Positions 47,844-58,531 are shown, numbered from the whole stretch's first letter. The stretch: 61,199 nt of DNA, filler included, from 4 parts of 4 records of this genome joined end to end with filler, not necessarily neighbours in it, one strand, 5' to 3'. Program-made: numbers and translations. The notes: a model not told the origin generated them from the sequence alone.

Positions 47844-48860
47844 TTAGCTCTCCATCACGCCCCGACGACCCATCAGACCGCGCGGGCGGGTCAGCAGAAT
47901 AACGACGGCAACAAGATAAATGATGATCTGGTCAATGCCCGGGATGATTTCTTTCACCTCGGTCATGGACGAGAAGGATTGCAGAATACCCAGCAGGAAA
48001 CCTGCCAGAACTGCACCGGGTAGAGAGCCCATACCCCCAACGACCACCACAACAAATGACAGCACAAGGAAGTCCATTCCCAAATGATAATCCGGGGGAA
48101 GTACCGGGGTGTACATCACGCCTGCAAGGCCCGCGACAACCGCGGCCATACCAAACACAATTGTAAAGCGACGTTCAATATTGATGCCAAGAAGCTCGAC
48201 CGTTTCACGGTCTGCCATGCCTGCACGCACCACCATACCGTAGGTCGTGAAATGCAGGAACGAGAAGACAAGGCCAATAATTGTCAATGAGAACGCCAGA
48301 TAAATCAGACGCCACCAAGGATAAACAACGGCTTCACCCAGGCCGAACACGGCACCGATTGCGGCAGAACCGGAAACGATATCGGGTGCACCTTGCGGAA
48401 TCGGGTTGGCGCCAAAGGCAGCCTTGACCAATTCCTGAATAACAATCGCCAGACCAAAGGTCACAAGGATCTGTTCTGCATGGGAGCGTTTATAGAAATG
48501 CCGGATCAGGCTGCGTTCCATCACGATGCCGATTGCCAGCATCACGGGTATCGCAAGAATGATCGAGAGCGGCACGGACCAATCAATGATGGCTGTCCCG
48601 GTTTCGCCAAACCAGACTTCCAGATATGGCGTTTCCTTATAGGCATCAAAGAATGTCACGGATTCGTCCTTGACCTTAACGGACAAGGTCAGGAGCTTTT
48701 CCAAGCTCACCGCACAAAAGGCGCCGATCATGAAGATGGCGCCGTGGGCAAAGTTCACCACACCAAGTGTGCCGAACACCAAGGTCAGACCAAGAGCAAT
48801 CAGCGCGTAAGCGCCGCCCTTGTCCAGACCGTTGAGAATTTGAAGAAATATAGAGTCCAT
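47844..48860 (-). CDS. LivH-like ABC permease
   Basis: [12 protein letters not shown]...VVNFAHG and VVVGGMGS..G motifs. Confidence 0.9.
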   Translation of the reverse strand: MDSIFLQILNGLDKGGAYALIALGLTLVFGTLGVVNFAHGAIFMIGAFCAVSLEKLLTLSVKVKDESVTFFDAYKETPYLEVWFGETGTAIIDWSVPLSIILAIPVMLAIGIVMERSLIRHFYKRSHAEQILVTFGLAIVIQELVKAAFGANPIPQGAPDIVSGSAAIGAVFGLGEAVVYPWWRLIYLAFSLTIIGLVFSFLHFTTYGMVVRAGMADRETVELLGINIERRFTIVFGMAAVVAGLAGVMYTPVLPPDYHLGMDFLVLSFVVVVVGGMGSLPGAVLAGFLLGILQSFSSMTEVKEIIPGIDQIIIYLVAVVILLTRPRGLMGRRGVMES

Positions 48861-48928
48861 CAGTTATCCGCCGCGTATTCGTAATGGGCTTAATGAAAAG
48901 ACCGTTGGGACAAGAGTGCGGGGCAAAT

Positions 48929-48956
48929 GGGCCGACCACTGGGAAATGGTCGGCCC
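48929..48956 (-). terminator. Hairpin between SBP and permease genes (terminator or mRNA stabiliser)
   Basis: GGGCCGACCA-8nt-TGGTCGGCCC perfect 10-bp stem. Confidence 0.55.
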
Positions 48957-48978
48957 TGCTTGCATCAATTTAGCCGTA

Positions 48979-50340
48979 TCAGACTTTGTACGGGCCCAGC
49001 TCACCACCGAACATGTCGGCAGGGTACTCAACCTGTGCACGCGGCACTTCTTTAACAACTTCAAGAAGGTCAAAGTTGGAAGAAGGCTCTTGTTTACCGC
49101 GCACAACCAGAACGTCTTTGAAGCACTGGTGATCTTCTGCACGGTACAGGGTCGGGCCATTGCCCGCGCCATCGAACTCGAAACCTTCGAGCTGTTTGAT
49201 GACTTCCCAAGGTGCAAACGTACCAGCCATTTCACAGGCGTTTGCATAAAGCAGCGTCTGTACATAGCAAGTGTGAGCAGCCTGGGATGGCGGGAAACCG
49301 TATTCCTGACCAAAGGATTTAACAAAGGCCTGCGACCCTGCATCCTGCAGCGACCAGTGCCAGTTGGTGGTACCCAGGATGCCTTTTGCAGCATCGCCAG
49401 CACCCTGTGCCATCAAGCGGGAATACAGCGGAACAACGATTTCGAAGTTTTTGCCGTTAACCTGTTTGTCACGCAGACCAAACTGAACAGCCTGTGTCAG
49501 CGAGTTGACCATGTCCTTACCATAGTGGTTCAGGATCAGGACATCTGCGCCAGAGTTCAGAACCGGTGTGATATACTGCGAGAAGTCACCAGCACCAACC
49601 GGGGTACGGACGGTATTCACAGTTTCCCAACCGATATTCTCGGTTGCAGCTTTGATCGATTCTTCCTGGGTCCAGCCCCAGGTGTAATCAGCCGTCAGGT
49701 GATACGCGCGACGTTCCGCACCATATTCATCCAGAAGAACCGGCGCAATTGCCTGACCGGACATGTAAGCGTTGAAGAAATGGCGGAAACCATAACGCTT
49801 TTTGTCTTTACCCGTGGTGTCGTTGGAGTGGGTCAGACCGGCCATGAAGATCACGCCCATTTCCTGGCAAAGACCCTGCACAGCAACCGCAACACCCGAT
49901 GACGAACCACCGGTGATCATTGCAACATTGTCTTTTTCGATCATGCGTTTTGCCGATGCACGTGCGGCATCGGATTTGGTCTGGGTATCACCGGTAACGA
50001 ACTCGACCTTCTTGCCGAGGATCCCGTTGCCTTTAAGCTGAAGCGGCTTCATGGTGTTCATCATCCCGCCGTCGCCTTCACCATTCAGGTGTTTGACAGC
50101 AAGCTGATAGGCGCGCAGCTCATCAGCACCTTCATCGGCATACGGGCCGGTCTGTGGTACGTTAAAGCCAAGCTTGATGCTGCCAGAGCTGCCCGGATCG
50201 CCCGGGAAAGTCTGAGCATGTGCGTTCTTGATGAAATGCATCGGAAAAGTGCCGCCAATAAGCGCAGCACCGGTCGTTGCCGCGGATCCTTTAAGGATCG
50301 TACGACGGGATACATCTTTAATAATCTTGGTCTCCGACAT
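48979..50340 (-). CDS. Tat-exported LivK-fold substrate-binding protein (probable short-chain carboxylate binding)
   Basis: SRRTILK Tat motif, P.TGPYA.EG, GGSSSGVA and ADYTWG motifs. GAGGA RBS. Substrate is inferred from context. Confidence 0.88.
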   Translation of the reverse strand: MSETKIIKDVSRRTILKGSAATTGAALIGGTFPMHFIKNAHAQTFPGDPGSSGSIKLGFNVPQTGPYADEGADELRAYQLAVKHLNGEGDGGMMNTMKPLQLKGNGILGKKVEFVTGDTQTKSDAARASAKRMIEKDNVAMITGGSSSGVAVAVQGLCQEMGVIFMAGLTHSNDTTGKDKKRYGFRHFFNAYMSGQAIAPVLLDEYGAERRAYHLTADYTWGWTQEESIKAATENIGWETVNTVRTPVGAGDFSQYITPVLNSGADVLILNHYGKDMVNSLTQAVQFGLRDKQVNGKNFEIVVPLYSRLMAQGAGDAAKGILGTTNWHWSLQDAGSQAFVKSFGQEYGFPPSQAAHTCYVQTLLYANACEMAGTFAPWEVIKQLEGFEFDGAGNGPTLYRAEDHQCFKDVLVVRGKQEPSSNFDLLEVVKEVPRAQVEYPADMFGGELGPYKV

Positions 50341-50479
50341 GGTTTTCCTCCCCAATGTCTTGGGATTTGTTTCAGAAAAATTCTGAGGCCTATTTTCTGG
50401 TTTGTTTTTTTCACGACCTGATCAAACAATGGGTGTCGTTTGAAAATGAATCAACACCTAGTTGATATAGAACAGTTTT

Positions 50480-50527
50480 TTTGTAAATATACAGACAGGC
50501 GACTTGAAAATTTGTAAATTTTGTCAA
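50480..50527. promoter_or_regulatory. Candidate ScfR-family operator octamers
   Basis: TTTGTAAA (50480-50487 and 50511-50518) and TTTGTCAA (50520-50527), resembling the TTTGCAAA sites of PccR/RamB/PrpR. Confidence 0.55.
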
Positions 50528-50542
50528 AAATGAGACTTTAGT

Positions 50543-52120
50543 ATGAACCGACAGGCCCCCATCGGACACCGCATTCGCGGTCGCCGAAAAGATATCGGAA
50601 TGACCCAGAATGCCCTGGCAAAGACCGCCGGCATTTCCCCGTCATATCTGAACCTTATCGAACATAACCGGCGTTCGATCGGGGGTGGTTTGCTGATGCG
50701 TATTGCCGAAGCACTCGACATCCAGCCCCATACTTTATCAGGGTCTGAAGAAAGCCGCCTGCTCTCGGACCTGAACGAAGCCGCATCCGATCCGGTCTTT
50801 CGCAGCACCCCGATTGAAAGCCGGGAGTTCCCGGCCACAATCGCCGCTGCCCCCGGTTTGATTGGTGCTTTTCTTTCTCTTTACCGGGCCTATCGCAGCG
50901 GACTTGAGGAAATTGACTCACTGTCCGAACGGCTCAGCCATGACCCGTTTCTGACCGAAGCCAGCCATTCGATCCTGACCCGGATCACTTCTATCCGGAC
51001 GGTCGCAGAGATTTTTGATGATTATGACGACCTGTCCAAGGAACAGCGCACACGGTTTAACGCAACACTGGTTCGGGAATCCCAAAGACTGGCCGAATCC
51101 GCGACCGAGATTTTCAACTTTCTTGAACGTGGCGATGCCGGACGCCCGGCCGCCAGCCCGGCCGAGGAAGTCGATGATCTTTTATATGATAACGCCAACT
51201 ACTTCCCGGCACTTGAAGACCATGCGACCGAAATGCGACCGCGAATTGATCCGGAAGGCGGGTTATTCCTGACCGATTTGATCAATTACCTTGAAAACAC
51301 CCATGACATTCGGGTCGAACGCCTGCCTTCCGAAGAATTCCCGACCAGCGGCCACAAATGGGATGCCGACCACCGGACCCTTAAGATTTCACGCGCCCTT
51401 CCGATTACGTCTGCGCGCTTTCAGGCCGCGCGCATGATTTTCCGGCTTGAATCCCCGGAAACTGTGAATGAAATCCTTAACCGCACCCAGATCGACAGTG
51501 ACGCCGGACGGGCCCGTGCAGCCGAGGCCCTGATTTCCTATGGCGCAGCCGCGCTTTTGTTTCCCTATGACCTGTTTCTTGAAGATGCCCGACGGTTTCG
51601 CCACGATATCGAGCTCCTTCAACAACGATATGCCGCCAGCTGGGAACAGATCTGCCACCGCCTGACCACACTGCGTCGACCGGGTGCTGAAGGCATACCT
51701 TTCCATCTGTTGCGAACAGATATTGCAGGCAATATTTCGAAACGATTTTCGGCATCCGGCCTTCAGTTACCGCGTTATAGCGGGGCCTGCCCACGCTGGG
51801 TCGTGCATGAAGCCTATATGGCACCAGACCGGGTGATCCCCCAATTCGTCCGCCTGCCAGACAACAGCGAATATCTTTTTGTTGCCCGCGCCTTGCGCAC
51901 TGGCGCGGGTGGATATGGTGTTCCCCGGTCGGTCTATTCGGTAATGATCGGGTGCGATACGGCCTTTGCCCATGACGTGGTTTATGGTGATCGATTGTCA
52001 TTGGATCGCCCGGATTCTGCGGTTCCGGTGGGCATTGGCTGTCGTCAATGCCCCCGCAATGATTGCGGCCAGCGGGCTTATGAAATGTCGGATACGGCAA
52101 CCGCGCAAATCGCTGTATAG
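50543..52120 (+). CDS. Short-chain fatty acyl-CoA regulator (ScfR; RamB/PrpR/PccR family) with an internal DHp-like segment
   Basis: XRE HTH (ISPSYLNLIEHNRR), NYFP.LE, S.EQ.CHRLTTL.RPG, D.AGN.SKRFSA, GACP.W and C-terminal CxxCxxxxCxxRA. Confidence 0.92.
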   Translation: MNRQAPIGHRIRGRRKDIGMTQNALAKTAGISPSYLNLIEHNRRSIGGGLLMRIAEALDIQPHTLSGSEESRLLSDLNEAASDPVFRSTPIESREFPATIAAAPGLIGAFLSLYRAYRSGLEEIDSLSERLSHDPFLTEASHSILTRITSIRTVAEIFDDYDDLSKEQRTRFNATLVRESQRLAESATEIFNFLERGDAGRPAASPAEEVDDLLYDNANYFPALEDHATEMRPRIDPEGGLFLTDLINYLENTHDIRVERLPSEEFPTSGHKWDADHRTLKISRALPITSARFQAARMIFRLESPETVNEILNRTQIDSDAGRARAAEALISYGAAALLFPYDLFLEDARRFRHDIELLQQRYAASWEQICHRLTTLRRPGAEGIPFHLLRTDIAGNISKRFSASGLQLPRYSGACPRWVVHEAYMAPDRVIPQFVRLPDNSEYLFVARALRTGAGGYGVPRSVYSVMIGCDTAFAHDVVYGDRLSLDRPDSAVPVGIGCRQCPRNDCGQRAYEMSDTATAQIAV

Positions 52121-52252
52121 CCATCAAAATCACGTCATTTTCGGCCCTAACTGAAAGCATGAAACATACCACCCCAAAGTAGCATTATAATTCGATGCAT
52201 AACCCGCTAGGATTGGGGCATATAAGAATCCGATAAATCGGGGAGAACGTCC

Positions 52253-52636
52253 TTGAATAAGAGACCAAAGGTCCTGATTGCCGAAGATGAGGAAACCATT
52301 GTTGAGTCGCTGAGCTTTCTTATGGAAAAAGAAGGCTATGAAGTCAGTGTGGCCACCGATGGCCAAACCGCGATCAAAATGATTGCGCGCGACATTCCTG
52401 ATATGGTTTTGCTTGATGTGATGATGCCCGGCTGTGACGGGTTCGAAGTGGTGCGCGCGGCACGCGCCGATCCAAAGACCAAACGCATTCCGATCATGAT
52501 GTTGACGGCAAAAACACGCGAAGTCGACCGCCGCAAAGGACTTGAACTTGGCGTTGATGATTTTGTGACCAAACCTTTTTCGACCCGCGATGTCGTTGCC
52601 CGGGTCAAAGCCCTGCTTGAACGAAGCGAATGCTGA
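52253..52636 (+). CDS. Single-domain response regulator (receiver only)
   Basis: IAEDE, LLD55VMMP, LTA and KPF motifs, 127 aa with no output domain. GGGGAG RBS and TTG start. Confidence 0.92.
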   Translation: MNKRPKVLIAEDEETIVESLSFLMEKEGYEVSVATDGQTAIKMIARDIPDMVLLDVMMPGCDGFEVVRAARADPKTKRIPIMMLTAKTREVDRRKGLELGVDDFVTKPFSTRDVVARVKALLERSEC

Positions 52637-52669
52637 TACGCGTTTAACCGACAGGCAGGAGCCAACCCC

Positions 52670-52894
52670 ATGACACCACCGCGCAAAATGACAGAACGGG
52701 CATTCGTCCTTGTCCTGGCCGCGTTTTTTGTCTGGATGCCACCACTGGTTGGCGTGTTTTCCCTTGATGGAACGCTATTTGGCCTGCCTATCCTGTTTGT
52801 CTATTTCTTTGCAGGCTGGGCAACGCTGATTGCGCTTTGTGCGGTTTTGACGCGCGCCCTTCGCAAAGTAGGCCAGTCAGAGGGATCATCTTAA
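52670..52894 (+). CDS. 74-aa two-TM membrane protein coupled to the SLC5 kinase
   Basis: AGGAG RBS, two hydrophobic helices around FGLP, and a TAAATG junction with the next gene. Confidence 0.75.
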   Translation: MTPPRKMTERAFVLVLAAFFVWMPPLVGVFSLDGTLFGLPILFVYFFAGWATLIALCAVLTRALRKVGQSEGSS

Positions 52895-55349
52895 ATGCTT
52901 TCCTCTGAACTGGTTATCACGGTCTCACTCAGCTATGTCGGCTTGCTGTATGCCATTGCATGGTGGGGGGATAAACGTGCACGTGATGGCCGATCATGGG
53001 TCAGGAACCCGACGGTTTATACCTTATCAATCGCGGTCTATTGCACATCATGGACGTTTTATGGTGCAGTCGGGACGGCAGCACGCAACGGGCTTGAATA
53101 TCTGACCATTTATCTTGGGCCGACGGTCATTTTCTTAGGTTGGTGGTTCTTGCTGCGCAAGATGCTTCGCATCTCCAAGGCACACCGCATCACATCGATT
53201 GCCGATTTTATTTCATCGCGGTATGGCAAAAGCACGCAGCTTTCCGTGCTTGTCACCCTGATCGCCGTGATCGGAACGACCCCTTATATTGCGCTTCAGC
53301 TTAAGGCAATTGCCACCAGCTATACGGTTCTGACGGTTTGGGATCACGGCATTTTCCCGGCCACCCACGAAACCGTAAGCATGTTTTCAGACAGCGGATT
53401 CTGGGCGGCTGTCGGGCTTGCGCTGTTTGGTATTTTGTTTGGCACGCGCTTTATCGATGCAGACGAACATCACGAAGGCATGGTTGCCGCCATCGCCTTT
53501 GAAAGTCTGGTCAAGATGTTTGCGCTTTTGGCCGTTGGCATCTTTGTCTGCTTTGTCATGTATGGCGGAATTGGCGAACTGTTTGCCCAGGCTGCGCGCA
53601 ATGCCGACACAGCCAAACTTTTGCAATTGCCCGAAGATGGTGCTGCGCGCTGGACAACATTGATGATGCTGTCCATGGCCGCCATCCTGTGTTTGCCGCG
53701 CCAGTTTCAGGTCATCATTGTTGAAAATGTCGATGAACGGCATTTGCCGACAGCAAGCTGGGCCTTTCCGCTTTATCTATTGCTGATGAACCTGTTTGTC
53801 CTGCCCATAGCACTGGCGGGGCTTGGCACCCTGCCCGCATGGTCGGACCCGGATTTCTTTGTGATTTCAGTCCCGTTATTTGAAGGGCAATCCTTGCTGG
53901 CGCTATTGGCGTATGTTGGCGGGTTGTCGGCCAGTACCAGTATGGTCATTGTGGCAACCATCGCACTTTCGACCATGGTCTGTAACGATCTGGTCGTTCC
54001 GGCATTGCTGCGTATCCGTCCCTTTCGGCTGACCGAACGCGATGATCTGACCGGGCTTTTGATCACTATCCGCCGGGCATCCATCGTTGCTGTCGTATTT
54101 TTGGGATTTGCCTATTATAGATCCGCCGGGGCGAGTGACGCCTTGGCCGAAATCGGCCTGATATCCTTTGCCGCAACGGCACAATTTATCCCGATTATGA
54201 TCGGTGGCCTTTACTGGAAAGGCGGGACCAAAACCGGCGCACAGGTTGGTCTTGTCATCGGCTTTATCCTGTGGGGTTATACCCTGTTGCTGCCATCACT
54301 TGCCGATAGCGGCTGGATGGACCCGGCCTTGATCCTGAACGGGGCGTTTGGCCATCCGTGGTTGCGGCCTGAAAGCCTGTTTGGCCTGACAGACTTTGAA
54401 CCCCTGACCCATGCGCTGATCTGGTCGATTTCGCTGAATACCGCATCCTTTGTCCTGATCAGTCTGTTTACCCAACCAAGCGCACTTGAACGTATTCAGG
54501 CAACTTTGTTTGTCGATGCCTTTTCGCGCAAAGGGCAGGATACCGTGATTTGGCGATCATCGGCCTCGGTCGATGATTTATATGAACTGGTTGAACGGTT
54601 TCTGGGCCGCGAACGCGCCTTTCATTCATTCCGCGATTTTGGCTGGGAAAAAGACACGCCATGGCGCGGAAAGGGCGAAGCCAATGCCGATATGATTGCC
54701 TTTACCGAACGCCTTCTTGCCGGGTCCATCGGGGCGGCATCGGCACGTGTTATGGTGTCATCGGTCGCCAAGGGGGAAATGGTCAGCCTTGAAGAGGTTC
54801 TTGAGATCCTTGAAGAAACCTCGCACGTCATCGAATATTCCCAGCGTCTGGAACAGAAATCCCACGAACTTGAACAGGCTGCGGCAGAATTGCGCGCCGC
54901 CAATGACCGGCTCAAGGAACTTGATAAGCTTAAAGATGAGTTCCTGACCATGGTCAGTCATGAATTCAGAACGCCGCTGACGTCTATCCGGTCATTTTCG
55001 GAAATTCTGGTCGATACGCCAAATCTGGATCATGAGCGTGCTGAACATTTCCTCAGCATCATTGTGCGGGAAAGCGAACGGCTGACCCGACTGATTGACG
55101 ATCACCTTGATCTGGCCCGCCTTGAAGCGGGTCATTCGGACTGGCGGGCTGTCGATGTCGATCCGCGCACGGTTCTTGATGAAAGTGTTGATGCGGTCAA
55201 AGGCCTGATGGACCGCAAGGGTGTTATTCTATCGACGGAATTTTCGCGCCAGACGGTGCGGCTGTTTGTTGATCGGGATCGCCTGACACAGGTCTTTATC
55301 AACCTTTTGTCAAATGCCGCCAAATTTTCCCACCCCGACCAGCCCACCG
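52895..55349 (+). CDS. Na+/solute symporter (SLC5)-STAC-histidine kinase fusion, CrbS/MxtR-like (3' truncated)
   Basis: YTLS.AVYCTSWTFYG.VG, SIADFISSRYGKS, PYIALQLKA, CLPRQF, STAC-like LAGSIGAASAR, H-box SHEFRTPL and N-box NLLSNAAKF. Confidence 0.92.
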
Positions 55350-55449
55350 NNNNNNNNNNNNNNNNNNNNNNNNNNNNNNNNNNNNNNNNNNNNTTAATTA
55401 ATTAANNNNNNNNNNNNNNNNNNNNNNNNNNNNNNNNNNNNNNNNNNNN
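55350..55449. other. Artificial contig spacer
   Basis: 44 N + TTAATTAATTAA + 44 N. Confidence 0.98.
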
Positions 55450-56241
55450 CAACGCCATCACCGGGGCGATCGACACCAGCGTGCCGGCCATGATCAGACC
55501 GTAGTCCGTGCCGTAAACACCACGCAGATTGTTCAGCGCCACCGAAAGCGGTTGCAGCTCGGGTGACTGCAGGACGATCTGCGGTCCCACGAAATTATTC
55601 CACGCCCCCAAGAAGCTGATGAGCAGAAAGGCCCCCGTCATCGGGCGCACCAGCGGCAAGGCCAGTTCAAAGAAAATGCGGATCTCTCCCGCCCCATCCA
55701 AGCGGGCCGCCTGCACCAACTCCGTGGGCACCCCTCGCAACATCGCTTGCCGAAACAAAAAGATCCCGAATGCCGGTGCCAATCCCGGCAGTATCAGCCC
55801 CACGTAGGTGTCGAGCAGTCCCATTTGGTAGAGTAACTGATATCCTGGAGCCAGCAGCAGCGGAGCCGGAATGATCAGGGCGGCCATCACCAGGGAGAAC
55901 ACTGTCGAGCGTCCCCAAAACCGCAGTTTGGCCAAGCCGTAACCTGCCATCGCGCAGAGCAGTGTAGCGCCCACCGCATGCACGGAAGCGATGAAAATTG
56001 AATTCCACACCGCCCGCCCGATACCCAGTTCGAGAAAAAGCCGCTTAAAATTTTCCACCGACAACCGGTCCCAACCAATTCCGAACAAGCCGTCGCCTTC
56101 CGGCAAAAACAACGTAGCCGCAAAATCGAATTTGGTCTTCAAAGCTCCGCAGACCAGATACGCAAATGGGATCAACGTGATCGCCGCATAAACCAGCAAC
56201 ACCGCGTAAACCATGATCAGGGAGATGCGTTGAATCTTCAT
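55450..56241 (-). CDS. Carbohydrate ABC transporter permease 2 (3' truncated)
   Basis: AGYGLAK..F.GR, FLFRQ, EL..AARLDGA EAA loop and WNNF..P motifs. The true start is MKIQ at 56241. Confidence 0.9.
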
Positions 56242-56243
56242 GG

Positions 56244-57140
56244 TTAATCCTCCTCGTGGCCGCGGCTCAGGCGACGATGCAACAACGCGATTCCCATCAA
56301 AAAGATCGCCATCACCCAACCCACCGCACTCGCGTAACCCAGATCCCCGGCAATGAAACCGGTTTGATAAAGATACATCACGATCGTGAGCCCTCGATCC
56401 GAGGGCCCCGCAGTGTCGTTGAGCAGCAAATAACTCAGTTCGAAGATTTGAAAACTGCCGATAATCGACAGCAGCGTCACAAACCCCGCGATCGGACGGA
56501 TCTCCGGTAGGGTCACATGCCAGAACCGCTGCCATGCATTGCAGCCGTCCATCTCCGCCGCCTCGGTCAGTTCTTTCGGCACATTTTGTAGCGCCGCCAA
56601 AAAGTAGATCATGTTAAACCCCGCATACATCCACACCGCTGCGAGAATCAGAGCCGGCATAATATAGACCTGCAGCCAGGCGAACTCCGGATCCCAGGCC
56701 CCGCCGGTCAGCATGTTCAGACTCACATTGAGCAGACCAATCCGCTTCTCAAAGATCGGCGAAAACAGAATCGCCACAAACGGCAGCCCCACCAGCACCG
56801 GGGAGAAAAAAACCAACCGCAGCCAGGAACGCCCGATCAGTTTCGGTCTATTCAACAACAGGGCCAACCCCAGGGCGACCGGCAATTGAATCAGCAGGGA
56901 TCCGAGGGTGAAGATCGCAGTATTCGAGACTGCGATCCAAAACCGAGTATCGCTTACCAGATAGGCGAAGTTTTTAAACCCCACCCAACGCGTCGTCTCC
57001 GGCCCGAAGGTTTGCTGAAAGGCCAACAACAGTGAACTGATCAGCGGCCAAACAATAAAGACCCCGAAAATCAGCAAAAACGGACCCACGAAAAAGAGTG
57101 GTGCCCAATCCCGACGACGGGGTGTAACGGGGAGACTCAT
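56244..57140 (-). CDS. Carbohydrate ABC transporter permease 1
   Basis: WVG..NF, FLAALQ.VP.EL.EAA..DG and GYASA motifs. Confidence 0.92.
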   Translation of the reverse strand: MSLPVTPRRRDWAPLFFVGPFLLIFGVFIVWPLISSLLLAFQQTFGPETTRWVGFKNFAYLVSDTRFWIAVSNTAIFTLGSLLIQLPVALGLALLLNRPKLIGRSWLRLVFFSPVLVGLPFVAILFSPIFEKRIGLLNVSLNMLTGGAWDPEFAWLQVYIMPALILAAVWMYAGFNMIYFLAALQNVPKELTEAAEMDGCNAWQRFWHVTLPEIRPIAGFVTLLSIIGSFQIFELSYLLLNDTAGPSDRGLTIVMYLYQTGFIAGDLGYASAVGWVMAIFLMGIALLHRRLSRGHEED

Positions 57141-58531
57141 GGTGCTTCCGAGGGGGTTAAAAAGGAATTTCTGCCGATCTCACGGGCGAGGCGACCCTGC
57201 GCAATCTCGAGCAGCCGCTGGGCCTCCGGCACCAAGGCCTCCGGGGTATAGATTCCCTGCTCGTCCGCGTAGGCCCGCAATTCCATCAACGCATTCCCTA
57301 ACATCTGCTGCGCGAAACTGGCGTAGGGTGACGAAGGACGATTCGGCACATCAGGCGCCTGTTCGATCAGCATGCGTCCCACCGGCTGTCCACTGAAATA
57401 GGGATCCGGTTCGTCGTATACCGGCAGACTCCACAACGATTTCACCGGCGTGATAATCAGACTTTTTCGAAACAGCGTTTCCGCGTTTTTTGGCGACAGG
57501 TAGAGATTCGTTGCAAACTCCCACGCTTCATCCGCCCGCGGGGAACGGCGGTTGACCGCGATCATGGTGCCACCCCAAACGGAAGTCCGTCGACCGCCCG
57601 GCTCCCACGCCGGCAGCGGCATGAGTTTCACTTTACCGGCCAGCCCCGGAATCTCCAGCCGCCATGAACCCGCCGTCCAATCCGCCAGCATCGAACCGAT
57701 CACCACCCCGTCGAGCCGTTGCTTATGCCCCATCGCCGAAAACATATCTACATCCGTGCTCACACGGTTGGGACCGGTGAACCAAGTCACCAGACGTGCC
57801 AAAATCGCGGCATTGCGGGGATGATGGAGTTGCGGACGTTCCTGCTCGTCGAAGTAGGAGCCGCCCGCTTGGTAGAAGAGCATTTGCGTGGTCTCGATAT
57901 TGGTATCCCAAGCATTCAACAGCCAACGATCCGGGCGCCCATCGCCGTTAAAATCCTGCTGCAAGGGACGCAGCAAACGAAAGTAATCCTCCCAGGTTTC
58001 GATCTCGGAAACGTCAATCCCGGCCGCTTCCACCAGATCGGAACGATACGCCAGCATCACCGGATGCACATCATGCGGAATCCCAAAAGTCCGGCCGCGT
58101 GACGTCCACGGCGAAAACGAAGGCGCGTTAATCTGCTCTCTCAGTCCCGATTTTTCCAATCGATCCGTCACATCCAAAAACCCGACATCTTCCAATGGCC
58201 CTACAAAAGCCTTGGCCCCCACCGTCCGCTCTACTTCGAACACATCCGCCAGCGGCGTGCCGGAAAAAAAGCCCGACACCAAGCGTTGCTGGAGTGCGGC
58301 CCCGTTCAGTAGCGACATCTGCACTTTTTGCTCCGGATGCTCCCGGTTCCAGTCCGGAACCGTGCGCTCGTAGGTTTCGAAATGAGTCTGGTAAAACACC
58401 CAGAATAGCATGCCCGTCCGTGGTTCCGGCTGCAGACGCCACACCACCACGCTGCTGATCAACGCCAGCGCGATCACGACAGCCGCTCCGGGCGACAGGA
58501 TACGGCGCAGACTAGCCAACAGGGCACGCAT
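57137..58531 (-). CDS. Sugar ABC transporter solute-binding protein
   Basis: N-terminal anchor, G.P.DVHP..L.YR.DL...AG and WGGT motifs. ATGA overlap with the permease. Confidence 0.88.
   Translation of the reverse strand: MRALLASLRRILSPGAAVVIALALISSVVVWRLQPEPRTGMLFWVFYQTHFETYERTVPDWNREHPEQKVQMSLLNGAALQQRLVSGFFSGTPLADVFEVERTVGAKAFVGPLEDVGFLDVTDRLEKSGLREQINAPSFSPWTSRGRTFGIPHDVHPVMLAYRSDLVEAAGIDVSEIETWEDYFRLLRPLQQDFNGDGRPDRWLLNAWDTNIETTQMLFYQAGGSYFDEQERPQLHHPRNAAILARLVTWFTGPNRVSTDVDMFSAMGHKQRLDGVVIGSMLADWTAGSWRLEIPGLAGKVKLMPLPAWEPGGRRTSVWGGTMIAVNRRSPRADEAWEFATNLYLSPKNAETLFRKSLIITPVKSLWSLPVYDEPDPYFSGQPVGRMLIEQAPDVPNRPSSPYASFAQQMLGNALMELRAYADEQGIYTPEALVPEAQRLLEIAQGRLAREIGRNSFLTPSEAP

Noticed and set aside
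56242-56535. N-terminal extension of the 377-aa permease ORF
   Set aside because: It overlaps the upstream permease out of frame, and the real start is 56241.
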